In this document: piece after piece, positions 19,588 through 27,676 of the stretch
Position numbering within the stretch: position 1 is the stretch's first letter
Layout of the letters: each line of letters starts with the position of its first letter
Origin: Angustibacter luteus
GTDB lineage: Bacteria > Actinomycetota > Actinomycetes > Actinomycetales > Angustibacteraceae
Assembly (NCBI RefSeq): GCF_039541115.1
Contig: NZ_BAABFP010000005.1
Coordinates: 806,001 to 870,000 of the forward strand
DNA: 64,000 nt
Reading direction: 5' to 3'
Made by a program: the position numbers and the translations under genes
The notes under the pieces: generated by a model
The model's database searches: none
Seen by the model: the letters and a program-made list of their open reading frames with translations, nothing else
What the model was told of the DNA's origin: nothing

Positions 19588-20861
19588 GCCGGCTGACCCT
19601 GCTGGTGCTGGCCAAGGCGCCGGTACCGGGACGCGTCAAGACCCGGCTGACCCCCGCGGTCAGCGCCGTCGAAGCGGCGGAGCTGGCCGCTGCCGCGCTG
19701 GCCGACACGCTCGCGGTGGTCGCCTCCAGCGCCGCCCGGCGACGAGTGCTCGTGCTCGACGGTGAACCGGGAGCCTGGGTTCCCGAGGGCTTCCAGGTCG
19801 TGCCACAGGTCAGCGGAGGCCTCGACCGCCGGCTGGCCGGCGCCTTCGCAGGGGTGGACGGGCCCGCGTTCCTGATCGGCATGGACACCCCGCAGGTCAC
19901 CGCGGAGCTGCTGGACGTCGACCTGTCCGCCGCAGGGGCCGCCATCGGCCAGTGCGAGGACGGGGGCTTCTGGGGCATCGGGCTGGGACGGCCCCGGCCG
20001 TCGGTGTTCCTCGGGGTGCCGATGAGCACCAACCAGACCGGACGACGGCAGCGGGCTCGGCTGGTCGAGGCGGGACTGTCCGTGCAGGACCTGCCGGTCC
20101 TGCGGGACGTGGACACCATGGCGGACGCCCGGCACGTCGCCGCCCTGGCGCCGGGATCACGATTCGCGGCCGCGCTGGGCCGGGTGGCGGGGCCACGCGG
20201 CAGTGACTTCCCGGTCGAGCACCTGTACGACGACGCCGTCCGCGCGGGCCAGTCCCTGCGGCTCGTCGCCCTGGACGGGCAGCCACCGCCGTTCGACATC
20301 GCGCGGTGGACAGCAGCGGCCGACCCGGTCGACCTCGCGCTCCTGGAGCGCTGCGAGGGCGTGATCCTGGACGTCGGTTGCGGCCCGGGGCGGATGGCGG
20401 CCGCCATCGCGGGCCTCGGCCGCCCGGTGCTCGGAGTGGACATCGCCCGCGGGTCGGTGGACCGCACCGCCGCCGCCGGCGCCCTCGCGCTGCGGCGGTC
20501 CGTCTTCGACACGCTGCCCGGCGAAGGTCGCTGGGACACCGTCCTGCTGGCGGACGGCAACCTCGGCATCGGCGCCGATCCCGACCGGTTGCTGCGACGC
20601 GTGCGCGAGCTCCTGCGGCCCGGCGGTCTGCTCCTGGTCGAGCCCGAGCCCGCCGAGGTCGACGAGCGCGTGCAGCTGTGCCTGCACACCGCCGACGGAG
20701 CCGTGGCGAGCGAGACCTTCGACTGGGCGCGGATCGGCGGCTCGGCCGCGGTGGGCCGCGCCGAGCGGCTCGGGTTCAGCCTCGAGGAGCGTTGGGAGGC
20801 AGCGGGTCGGCTCTTCCTGGCGTTTCGCCTGACGCCCGACGGCGCCGAGCCACTTCGCTGA
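19584..20861 (+). CDS. DUF2064 (GT-A/CofC-like) domain fused to a class I SAM methyltransferase
   Basis: AKAPVPGRVKTRL, IGMDTPQ, DGGFWGIG, LRDVDT followed by LDVGCGPGR and LLADGNLGIG in one ORF. Confidence 0.85.
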   Translation: MSRLTLLVLAKAPVPGRVKTRLTPAVSAVEAAELAAAALADTLAVVASSAARRRVLVLDGEPGAWVPEGFQVVPQVSGGLDRRLAGAFAGVDGPAFLIGMDTPQVTAELLDVDLSAAGAAIGQCEDGGFWGIGLGRPRPSVFLGVPMSTNQTGRRQRARLVEAGLSVQDLPVLRDVDTMADARHVAALAPGSRFAAALGRVAGPRGSDFPVEHLYDDAVRAGQSLRLVALDGQPPPFDIARWTAAADPVDLALLERCEGVILDVGCGPGRMAAAIAGLGRPVLGVDIARGSVDRTAAAGALALRRSVFDTLPGEGRWDTVLLADGNLGIGADPDRLLRRVRELLRPGGLLLVEPEPAEVDERVQLCLHTADGAVASETFDWARIGGSAAVGRAERLGFSLEERWEAAGRLFLAFRLTPDGAEPLR

Positions 20862-21255
20862 CGAACGCTCCCCCGACGACGAGCAGGCACAGCGCCGCCG
20901 TGACCAGCAGGATGTTGCGCCGGTAGTCCCACGGGTCCACGGACGGGTTCGCGGTGGGCAGCCGACCGAGCAGCTGACCCAGCCACAAGGGCGCCGACAT
21001 GACGATCACGGAGCCGCAGACCAGGAAGGCCACCGTCACCGCGGCTCGGGCGCGGGCCGGGACGACCCGCGTCGCCAGCCAGCCCAGCGCCACGACTGCA
21101 GGGGCCAGCACCAGGTCGTGGGCGATGACGACGGCCGCGAGCCAGATCGCCACCGCGACCGGCGGGGTGACGACCCCGCCGGACAGCACCAGCCAGGCGG
21201 CCCAGCCCATTGCGGCGACCCCCAGGACGCCGAGCAGGACCCGCCAGCGACTCAT
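20776..21255 (-). CDS. Membrane protein
   Basis: Hydrophobic, WLAAVVIAHDLVLAP and NPSVDPWDY; ATGA overlap with the oxidoreductase. Confidence 0.75.
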   Translation of the reverse strand: MSRWRVLLGVLGVAAMGWAAWLVLSGGVVTPPVAVAIWLAAVVIAHDLVLAPAVVALGWLATRVVPARARAAVTVAFLVCGSVIVMSAPLWLGQLLGRLPTANPSVDPWDYRRNILLVTAALCLLVVGGAFVSEVARRRRASGETPGRADPLPPNAPRG

Positions 21256-22382
21256 GAGGCCTCGATCCGCATGAGCCACTTCGTCTGCAGCACACCCGGC
21301 CGGTTCGGCGCGATGAGCCGCAGCGGGTAGCCGTGATCGAGCGCCAGGTCGGATCCGTTGAGCCGCAGGGCCAGCAGCGTGTCCGGATGATCGGCCTGCG
21401 CCGGCGTCAGGTGCGATGACCGGTAGATCCCGTGCGGTTCGAGCGATCGGACGGTGACATCGGCGGACGGATCGACACCGGCGAGGGCGAGGACGTCCCG
21501 CAGGCGCACCCCACCCCACCGCCCGGTGGAGCTCCATCCCTCGACGCAGGCGATCGGCAGCGCGACCTCGTGCTGGGCCATGGCGGACAGGTCGGACCGG
21601 CTGAGCCGCAACGGGTTCGTGCCGGTGACCTCCAGCCGCCACGAGTCGGCGACGGCCAGGTCTCGGACACCGGCCGCCGTCGCTGTCCGGTTGACCGGCA
21701 GGCCCTGCGGTCCGACGTCCGGGCGGCGTGGTGCCAGCAGGGCGAGGCGTCCCAGGCCGGGCAGCGTCTGCCCGATGGTCACCAGGGTGACTGCTCCCAC
21801 CGCCCCCGTCGTGGCGAGCAGCAGGCCACGACGACTGAGGCCGACAGGGTCGTCCGGCGTGGCTCGGGCGTCGTCAAGACTGGTCCGCAGCGCGGCCGCG
21901 ATGACGTCGGCCTTGACCGCGAGGTGCAGCAGGATCGACCCGACGAGCGCCCACGCGACGGCGTAGTGCGCCGCCGGGAAGAAGAACGACCACGGGTACC
22001 ACTGGACGGTGTTGAGTATCCCGGTGGTGACCTCGAACAGCATGCAGGACACCAGGACTGCGACCGAGAGCCGCTCGAGCGCGTGCTTGAGCCCGCTCAC
22101 GGGGGGCCACTGGAGCAGCAGCGGGTAGACGCTGAACAGCTTGACCAGCACGAGAGGCACGCAGGCGATCCCGAACGCGACGTGAGCGCCCTGGGTGACC
22201 TGGTAGCCCCACGTCGGGTTCGGCGGCAGCGGCAGCCAGCCGACCGGATGCTGGTGCAGGTGGCTGATCATCCCGGTGACGAAGCAGACGCCCACCGCGA
22301 TGCCCAGCGCCCGGCCGACCCGGGCGGTCACCCGGGCGTCGCGGCGAGGACTGGACACCTGCGGTGGCTGGGGAATCCTCAC
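21252..22382 (-). CDS. Membrane-anchored molybdopterin oxidoreductase (sulfite oxidase/MsrP-like)
   Basis: N-terminal TMs, LPIACVEGWS, LALDHGYPLRLIAPNRPGVLQTKW; GTG at 22382. Confidence 0.88.
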   Translation of the reverse strand: MRIPQPPQVSSPRRDARVTARVGRALGIAVGVCFVTGMISHLHQHPVGWLPLPPNPTWGYQVTQGAHVAFGIACVPLVLVKLFSVYPLLLQWPPVSGLKHALERLSVAVLVSCMLFEVTTGILNTVQWYPWSFFFPAAHYAVAWALVGSILLHLAVKADVIAAALRTSLDDARATPDDPVGLSRRGLLLATTGAVGAVTLVTIGQTLPGLGRLALLAPRRPDVGPQGLPVNRTATAAGVRDLAVADSWRLEVTGTNPLRLSRSDLSAMAQHEVALPIACVEGWSSTGRWGGVRLRDVLALAGVDPSADVTVRSLEPHGIYRSSHLTPAQADHPDTLLALRLNGSDLALDHGYPLRLIAPNRPGVLQTKWLMRIEAS

Positions 22383-22388
22383 GCCTCG

Positions 22389-22445
22389 ACGGTAGGCATC
22401 ACCCGGCGCTGCGACGAGGTGTCGGCACCTTACGGAATGGCGACG
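22389..22445 (-). promoter_or_regulatory. Response-regulator box plus -10 of a leaderless promoter
   Basis: Minus strand CGTCGC-cattc-CGTAAG (22445-22429); TACCGT (22394-22389) 6 nt before GTG 22382. Confidence 0.65.
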
Positions 22446-22495
22446 TCGGCCACTCAAGACCCGGCGGACCGGCGTCCGGCTGGAAGTCTGAGGGA

Positions 22496-23854
22496 GTGCC
22501 CCGACGCCGCTCCCCCATGCTCGCCGTAGCCGGTGGCCTCGCCGTCGCCGCCCTGCTCGTGCTGGAGCAGGCGGGCAGCGAGCGGGGCCACGCCCTCGCG
22601 CCGCTCGTGCTCATCGGCTTGATGTTCGTGGCCTACGCCTTGGCGGCCGTCGAGCTGCAGCGGGTGGCGGTCAGCACGTGCCTGCGGCTGTCCCTGCTGG
22701 GCGGCGCGCTGCTGCAGGTGATCGCCCTGCGGGTGCGCCCGCTGAACGGGGATGACTACCTGCGCTACGCCTGGGACGGGCGGGTGCAGGCGGCCGGGAT
22801 CGACCCGTACCGCTACCCGCCCGGCGCGCCGCAGCTGGCCCGGCTGCGGGACGCGTGGCTGTTCCCGGACGGGGTGACCCCGCGGTTGAACCACCCGACC
22901 GAACGCACCATCTACCCACCCGTGGCGCAGGGATGGTTCTGGCTCGTCCACGTGCTCACCGGAGGGCATGGTCAGGGCCGCGGGCTGCAGGTCGGCGCCG
23001 CCGTCCTGGCCGTCGCGACGTCGGTCGCGATCGTCCTGGTGCTACGCCGGGTCGGCGGGGACCCGCGTCGGGTTGCCTGGTGGGCCTGGTGTCCGACAGT
23101 GGTCATCGAGACCGGCGGCAACGGGCACGTCGACGTGGTCGCCTCGTTGCTCGTCGTGGTCGCCCTGGGGCTGTTGGCCGGCCGGCGCTGGGTCGGTGCC
23201 GGGGCGGTGCTGGGCCTCGCGATCGCGACCAAGCTGCTGCCGGCGCTCCTCGTGGTCGCCGTGCCGCCACGCCGCGCCGTCCGCGTCGGCGCCGCGGCCG
23301 TCCTCGCCGTGGCGTTGGTCTACCTGCCGCACGTCCTCGTTCTGGGGACCGGGGTCACCGGTTTCCTGGGCGGCTATCTCGGTGAGGAGTCCCACCAGCA
23401 GTTCGACCTGCTGAAGCCCCTGCTGCCGGACGTCGTCGTGCGACCGGTCGGCTGCGTCCTGCTGGCGGTCACCGCCCTGCTCGTCTGGCGGCAGACCGCC
23501 CGGGACGACGTGGCCGGTCTCCCGCCGAGGCCCTGGGTGCACGGCGCCACCATGGTCGGCGTGGCGTTCATCCTGCTCGAACCGCCGTACCCCTGGTACG
23601 CGCTGCTCCTGGTTCCCCTCGTGGCGCTGGGCGCCCGACCTGTCTGGCTGGTGGTGGCGGCCGCGATGTACCTCGTGTACGCGGCGGCACCGCTGGGCCA
23701 CGCGTACTTCGGCACGCGGGTCATCGGCTATGGCGTCGCCGCCCTGGTGGTGGCGGCGGGGTGGGCTCCCGCGCGCCGCGAGGTGGCTCGCTGGTCCCCT
23801 CGCCTGGCCGCCCTGCAGCCGGCCAGGCGTCAGAAACCCCACTCGGGGCGGTAA
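22496..23854 (+). CDS. GT-C membrane glycosyltransferase (GT87/DUF2029-like)
   Basis: DDYLRYAWDGRVQAAGIDPYRYPP, TIYPP, GHVD, PWY; polytopic; start approximate. Confidence 0.85.
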   Translation: MPRRRSPMLAVAGGLAVAALLVLEQAGSERGHALAPLVLIGLMFVAYALAAVELQRVAVSTCLRLSLLGGALLQVIALRVRPLNGDDYLRYAWDGRVQAAGIDPYRYPPGAPQLARLRDAWLFPDGVTPRLNHPTERTIYPPVAQGWFWLVHVLTGGHGQGRGLQVGAAVLAVATSVAIVLVLRRVGGDPRRVAWWAWCPTVVIETGGNGHVDVVASLLVVVALGLLAGRRWVGAGAVLGLAIATKLLPALLVVAVPPRRAVRVGAAAVLAVALVYLPHVLVLGTGVTGFLGGYLGEESHQQFDLLKPLLPDVVVRPVGCVLLAVTALLVWRQTARDDVAGLPPRPWVHGATMVGVAFILLEPPYPWYALLLVPLVALGARPVWLVVAAAMYLVYAAAPLGHAYFGTRVIGYGVAALVVAAGWAPARREVARWSPRLAALQPARRQKPHSGR

Positions 23855-24321
23855 TCGGGGTTGGAGCTGTAGGCCAGCCCGAGGGCCCGCACGGTGTCGC
23901 ACCAGGGCCGCGTGCCGGTTGGCGCGCACAGCTGGCAGACCCAGGTGACGGACGACGGTCCACCATCGTCGGGCGCGCGCCGGTGTGGATGCAGGTCCAG
24001 CAGTGCGCCATGAGCCCGAGCGAGCTGCAGGATCCGGTCGCGCACGTCCTGCCAGGTCGGTTGCGCGCTACCGGCCGGTGCGTCGCCGAACATGGTCGCG
24101 GTGACGGCCCTGCTGCCCGCCATCACCGACGAGAGGAACGGCAGCTCCTGCCCGACGAACTGCTCGGCGTCCCCGGCGCGGCCCGCCTCGCCACCCAGCT
24201 GGTCCGCGATCCGTACGGCGTCCGCGATCGCTGATCGGATGAACGCGACCAGGTCACCACGAGGGTCGTCCGGTACCTCGGTGCCGCTCACGTGCCCCTC
24301 CGCTTCGTCGCGCCGCTTCAT
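23830..24321 (-). CDS. DUF6221-like hypothetical protein
   Basis: CQLC...PWCDTVRALGLAYSSNPDYRPEW C-terminal signature. Confidence 0.6.
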   Translation of the reverse strand: MKRRDEAEGHVSGTEVPDDPRGDLVAFIRSAIADAVRIADQLGGEAGRAGDAEQFVGQELPFLSSVMAGSRAVTATMFGDAPAGSAQPTWQDVRDRILQLARAHGALLDLHPHRRAPDDGGPSSVTWVCQLCAPTGTRPWCDTVRALGLAYSSNPDYRPEWGF

Positions 24322-24347
24322 CCCTCGTTAGATCGCTCGCTGCGACC

Positions 24348-25856
24348 TCAGTGCAGCGGCACCGAGGGCACGGGCGCGCCGTCCACGTCCTCCAGCAGCT
24401 TCGACTCCTCCCGCTTGCGGGGCAGGAAGTACGCCGGGATCAGGGTGAGCGTCACCAACCACGCCGCCACCCAGAAGGTGTGCGAGAACGCTGCGGCGGC
24501 CGCCTCCGGCGCCAAGGCCGGCGAGGCGGGGACGTTGTCGATCAAGGCGTTGGTCAGCACCACGGAGAAGATCGCGACGCCGACCGAGCTGGAGATCTGC
24601 TGGTTGATGTTGAGCAGCGTCGAGCCGCGAGCGACCTCGTGGTGCTTCAACGTCTTCAACGCCGACGTCATGATCGGCATCATCGTGGCGCCCATACCCA
24701 GGCCCATGAGGAACAGCACGGGGATCAGGAAGCCCCAGTGCGAGGAGTCCGCCGTGATCTGGGTGAGGCTGAACATCCCGATGATGATGGCGACCAGCCC
24801 GAAGGGCACGATCCGACCCACCGGGTACCGGTCGGTGAGCGCACCGGCGATGGGCATGGTGACCATGGCGCCGATGCCCTGGGGAGCGACCAGCCAGCCG
24901 GCGCTCAACGGGGACTCGCCCTGCACCTGCTGGAGGAACTGCGGGACGAGCAGCAGCCCACCGAAGAAGGCCGCCGCGAAGATGAACATGGTGATCAGCG
25001 ACACGCTGAGGTTGCGGTTCTTGAAGAGCCGCAGGTCCAGCAGCGGGTGCTTGGGCTTGAAGCTGTAGAACACGAACGCCACCATCAGCGCCAACCCGAT
25101 CAGGCCGGGAAGCAGCACCTTGGCGTGCCCGATGCCGCCGGCGCCAGGGATGGACGAGATCCCGTACAGGAAGAGCGCGAGCCCCGGGCTCATCATCAGC
25201 ATGCCGACGAAGTCGAACGTCTCGGACGGGACCGGGTTGTCGCGCTCAAGGGCGATCCAGGAGTAGACCAGCGCGACGATCCCGATCGGCACGTTGATCA
25301 GGAAGATCCAGTGCCAGCTGAAGTGGTCGATCAGCCAGCCGCCGAGGATGGGCCCGAAGATTGGGCCCAGCAGCATCGGCACCCCGAGGATCGCCATCAG
25401 GCGACCCATCCGCGCCGGACCGGCCGCCCGCGTCATGATCGTCATGCCGACCGGCATGAGCATGCCGCCACCAAGCCCCTGCAGCACGCGGAACCCGATC
25501 AGCATCTCGATCGAGGACGCGGTCGCACACAGGATCGAACCGAGCGTGAAGAGAGTGATCGCGAGCATGTACAGCCGCTTGGTGCCGAACCGGTCGGCGG
25601 CCCAGCCCGACAGCGGGATGACCGTGGCCAGAGCCAGCGTGTAGGCGGTGACGGTCCAGGCGACCGCGGAGTAGGCCAGCGGCTGACCGTTCTTGGCGAA
25701 CTCGGTCTGGAACGTGCGCAGCGCGACGTTCACGACCGTGATGTCGATGATCGACATGATCGCGCCGAGGACGACGACCCCGGCTACTTTGAGCACGGCG
25801 CCGTCGATCTTCTCGGGGTACTCCATGGTGGTCCCAGCTGGCGAAGTCACGGGCAC
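24348..25856 (-). CDS. DHA2 (EmrB/QacA) MFS efflux transporter
   Basis: DITVVNVAL, GWAADRFGTKR, FRVLQGLGGG, WIFLINVPIG; start may be ATG 25826. Confidence 0.92.
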   Translation of the reverse strand: MPVTSPAGTTMEYPEKIDGAVLKVAGVVVLGAIMSIIDITVVNVALRTFQTEFAKNGQPLAYSAVAWTVTAYTLALATVIPLSGWAADRFGTKRLYMLAITLFTLGSILCATASSIEMLIGFRVLQGLGGGMLMPVGMTIMTRAAGPARMGRLMAILGVPMLLGPIFGPILGGWLIDHFSWHWIFLINVPIGIVALVYSWIALERDNPVPSETFDFVGMLMMSPGLALFLYGISSIPGAGGIGHAKVLLPGLIGLALMVAFVFYSFKPKHPLLDLRLFKNRNLSVSLITMFIFAAAFFGGLLLVPQFLQQVQGESPLSAGWLVAPQGIGAMVTMPIAGALTDRYPVGRIVPFGLVAIIIGMFSLTQITADSSHWGFLIPVLFLMGLGMGATMMPIMTSALKTLKHHEVARGSTLLNINQQISSSVGVAIFSVVLTNALIDNVPASPALAPEAAAAAFSHTFWVAAWLVTLTLIPAYFLPRKREESKLLEDVDGAPVPSVPLH

Positions 25857-25907
25857 CTCTTCACGGTCCGGCAGGCGATGGCAGCTTCTCTGAAAACCTT
25901 CGAATCA

Positions 25908-25929
25908 AGGCTAGCGCGTGGCACCGACA
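25908..25929 (-). promoter_or_regulatory. PafBC/RecA-NDp-type DNA-damage promoter motif
   Basis: Minus strand TGTCGG-TGCCACGCGC-TAGCCT, an exact TGTCGG-N10-TA-N3-T match upstream of the MFS gene. Confidence 0.55.
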
Positions 25930-26315
25930 GGCCACGATGGGATATCTCGACGGAATACCGATAGGACTCCTGCCACCGTCATCTTTCATCGGTCCGCTGG
26001 GGCCTGCGGCAACTGATATGACGACGCGAGACCGAGCCTCTCGTACGTGGGGCAACGCCTCGTTGCTGGAACTGACCGTCACCCGCCCCGCGCCACCCGG
26101 TCAGGCCCACTTCGGGGCCGCCTGGACGAGCGCAGCACGGCCGGCGGTCGTCCCCAGCCTCGGCCCCTGCATCAGCTCCCGCTTCGGCGTCCGCGAGTGG
26201 AGCCACCAGGGCAGGATGCGTCTCGTCGTGGACGTCCACCAGCCGGGGTCCGCCAGCCGACGTGTCATACCGCCGGTGTTTCGCAGGGCCGCCCGGAGCC
26301 CGCGCGGTGGGAGAG

Positions 26316-27662
26316 CTAGATCCTCTGCGCAAGCCGATCGAGGAGCAGGATCTGCGCGATGGTCATCGCCTCGATCTCGGCCGGGTCGACGCTCTCGTCG
26401 GAGGCATGGATACGTGCACCCGCGACGTCCTCGGGCCCCCACAGGATGAACTCGGCTCGGGGCGCGACCCCCTGCAGCGTCTTGAGCAGCGGGATGGAGC
26501 CGCCCGAACCGGCCTCGCCGACCGGCTTGCCGTAGGCGTCGGCCAGCGCAGCCCGGGCCGCTGCGTAGCCCGGACCGTCGGTGGCACAACGGAACGGCGG
26601 CGCCTCCTTGGTGCGTTCGATCGAGACCTGCGCCCCCCACGGCGCGTGGGACTCCAGGTGACGGACCAGCGCGTCCAGTTCGGCCACCGGGTCCGCACCC
26701 GGCACGATGCGCATCGAGATCTTCGCCTTGGCCTCGGGAACGAGCACGTTCGAGGAGCCCGCGATCGACGTCATGTCCACCCCGATGGCCGACACGGAAG
26801 GCTCCGCCCACAGGGTGTCGGCGATCGACCGCTGGCCAGTCACCTGCACACCCTCCAGGAGGTCCGCACTGTCCGCGAACTCCTGCGAGGACATGTCGAC
26901 GCCGTCCCAGCTGAACCGTGAGACGCCCTCGACGGCGACGTTGCCGTCGTCGTCCTGCAGGCTGGCCAGCAGGCGGGCCAGCGACATCATGGCGTCCGGA
27001 GCCGCGCCGCCGAACACCCCGGAGTGCAACGGGTGCTCGAGGGTTCGCACCGTCACGACGCAGGCGACATCACCACGCAGCGTCGTGGTCAGCACCGGTT
27101 CACCGACGCGCAGGTTCCCCATGTCGGCGATGACGAACAGGTCGACGTCGAACAGCTCGGGGTGGCTCTCGACGAACTCCTCGAGGTTGCTGTTGGTCTC
27201 CTCCATCCCCTCGACGATCAGCCGGACGGTGCAGGGCGGCTTTCCGTCGAAGGCGCGGAGCATCCCGAGGTGCATGGCCAGACCGCCCTTGTCGTCGGCG
27301 ACCCCGCGGCCGTAGATCCGCCCGTCGTCCTTGCGGGTCGGCGTCCACGGGTCGCTCGTCCAGCCCTGCGCCATCGGCGCCGGCTGGACGTCGTAGTGCG
27401 CGTACAGCATGACGACCGGCGAGCCAGGCGGACCAGCGATCTCGCCGTACACGGGCCGGTACCCGTCGGGGACATCCATCAGCTGGGCGTTGGCGAATCC
27501 CGCGCCCCGGAACAGCTCGAGCGTGCGCTGGGCCATCTCCTCCACCGGCTCGGGCGGGTAACCGGGGAAGGCGACGGACGGCACCCCGACCAAGGACATG
27601 AGGTCTGCCATCACTTCTGGCATCAGGTCAGCGGTACGAGCCCTGGCTTCCTGGATGTCCAT
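26316..27662 (-). CDS. M20 family dipeptidase/metallopeptidase
   Basis: YAHYDVQP, GRGVADDKGG, EGMEE, LHSGVFGG, GSGGSIP, IHASDES. Confidence 0.92.
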   Translation of the reverse strand: MDIQEARARTADLMPEVMADLMSLVGVPSVAFPGYPPEPVEEMAQRTLELFRGAGFANAQLMDVPDGYRPVYGEIAGPPGSPVVMLYAHYDVQPAPMAQGWTSDPWTPTRKDDGRIYGRGVADDKGGLAMHLGMLRAFDGKPPCTVRLIVEGMEETNSNLEEFVESHPELFDVDLFVIADMGNLRVGEPVLTTTLRGDVACVVTVRTLEHPLHSGVFGGAAPDAMMSLARLLASLQDDDGNVAVEGVSRFSWDGVDMSSQEFADSADLLEGVQVTGQRSIADTLWAEPSVSAIGVDMTSIAGSSNVLVPEAKAKISMRIVPGADPVAELDALVRHLESHAPWGAQVSIERTKEAPPFRCATDGPGYAAARAALADAYGKPVGEAGSGGSIPLLKTLQGVAPRAEFILWGPEDVAGARIHASDESVDPAEIEAMTIAQILLLDRLAQRI

Positions 27663-27676
27663 GTCTCCCCCTCAGA

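Noticed and set aside
18641..21295. 884-aa minus-strand ORF and similar long ORFs (10069..12147, 43708..45918, 58895..60661)
   Set aside because: Arg/Pro/Ala-rich shadow frames overlapping well-supported genes, as expected from stop-codon scarcity at high GC.
26101..26268. 55-aa minus-strand ORF (MTRRLADPGWW...)
   Set aside because: No RBS or -10 and no recognisable motif, so it cannot be supported.
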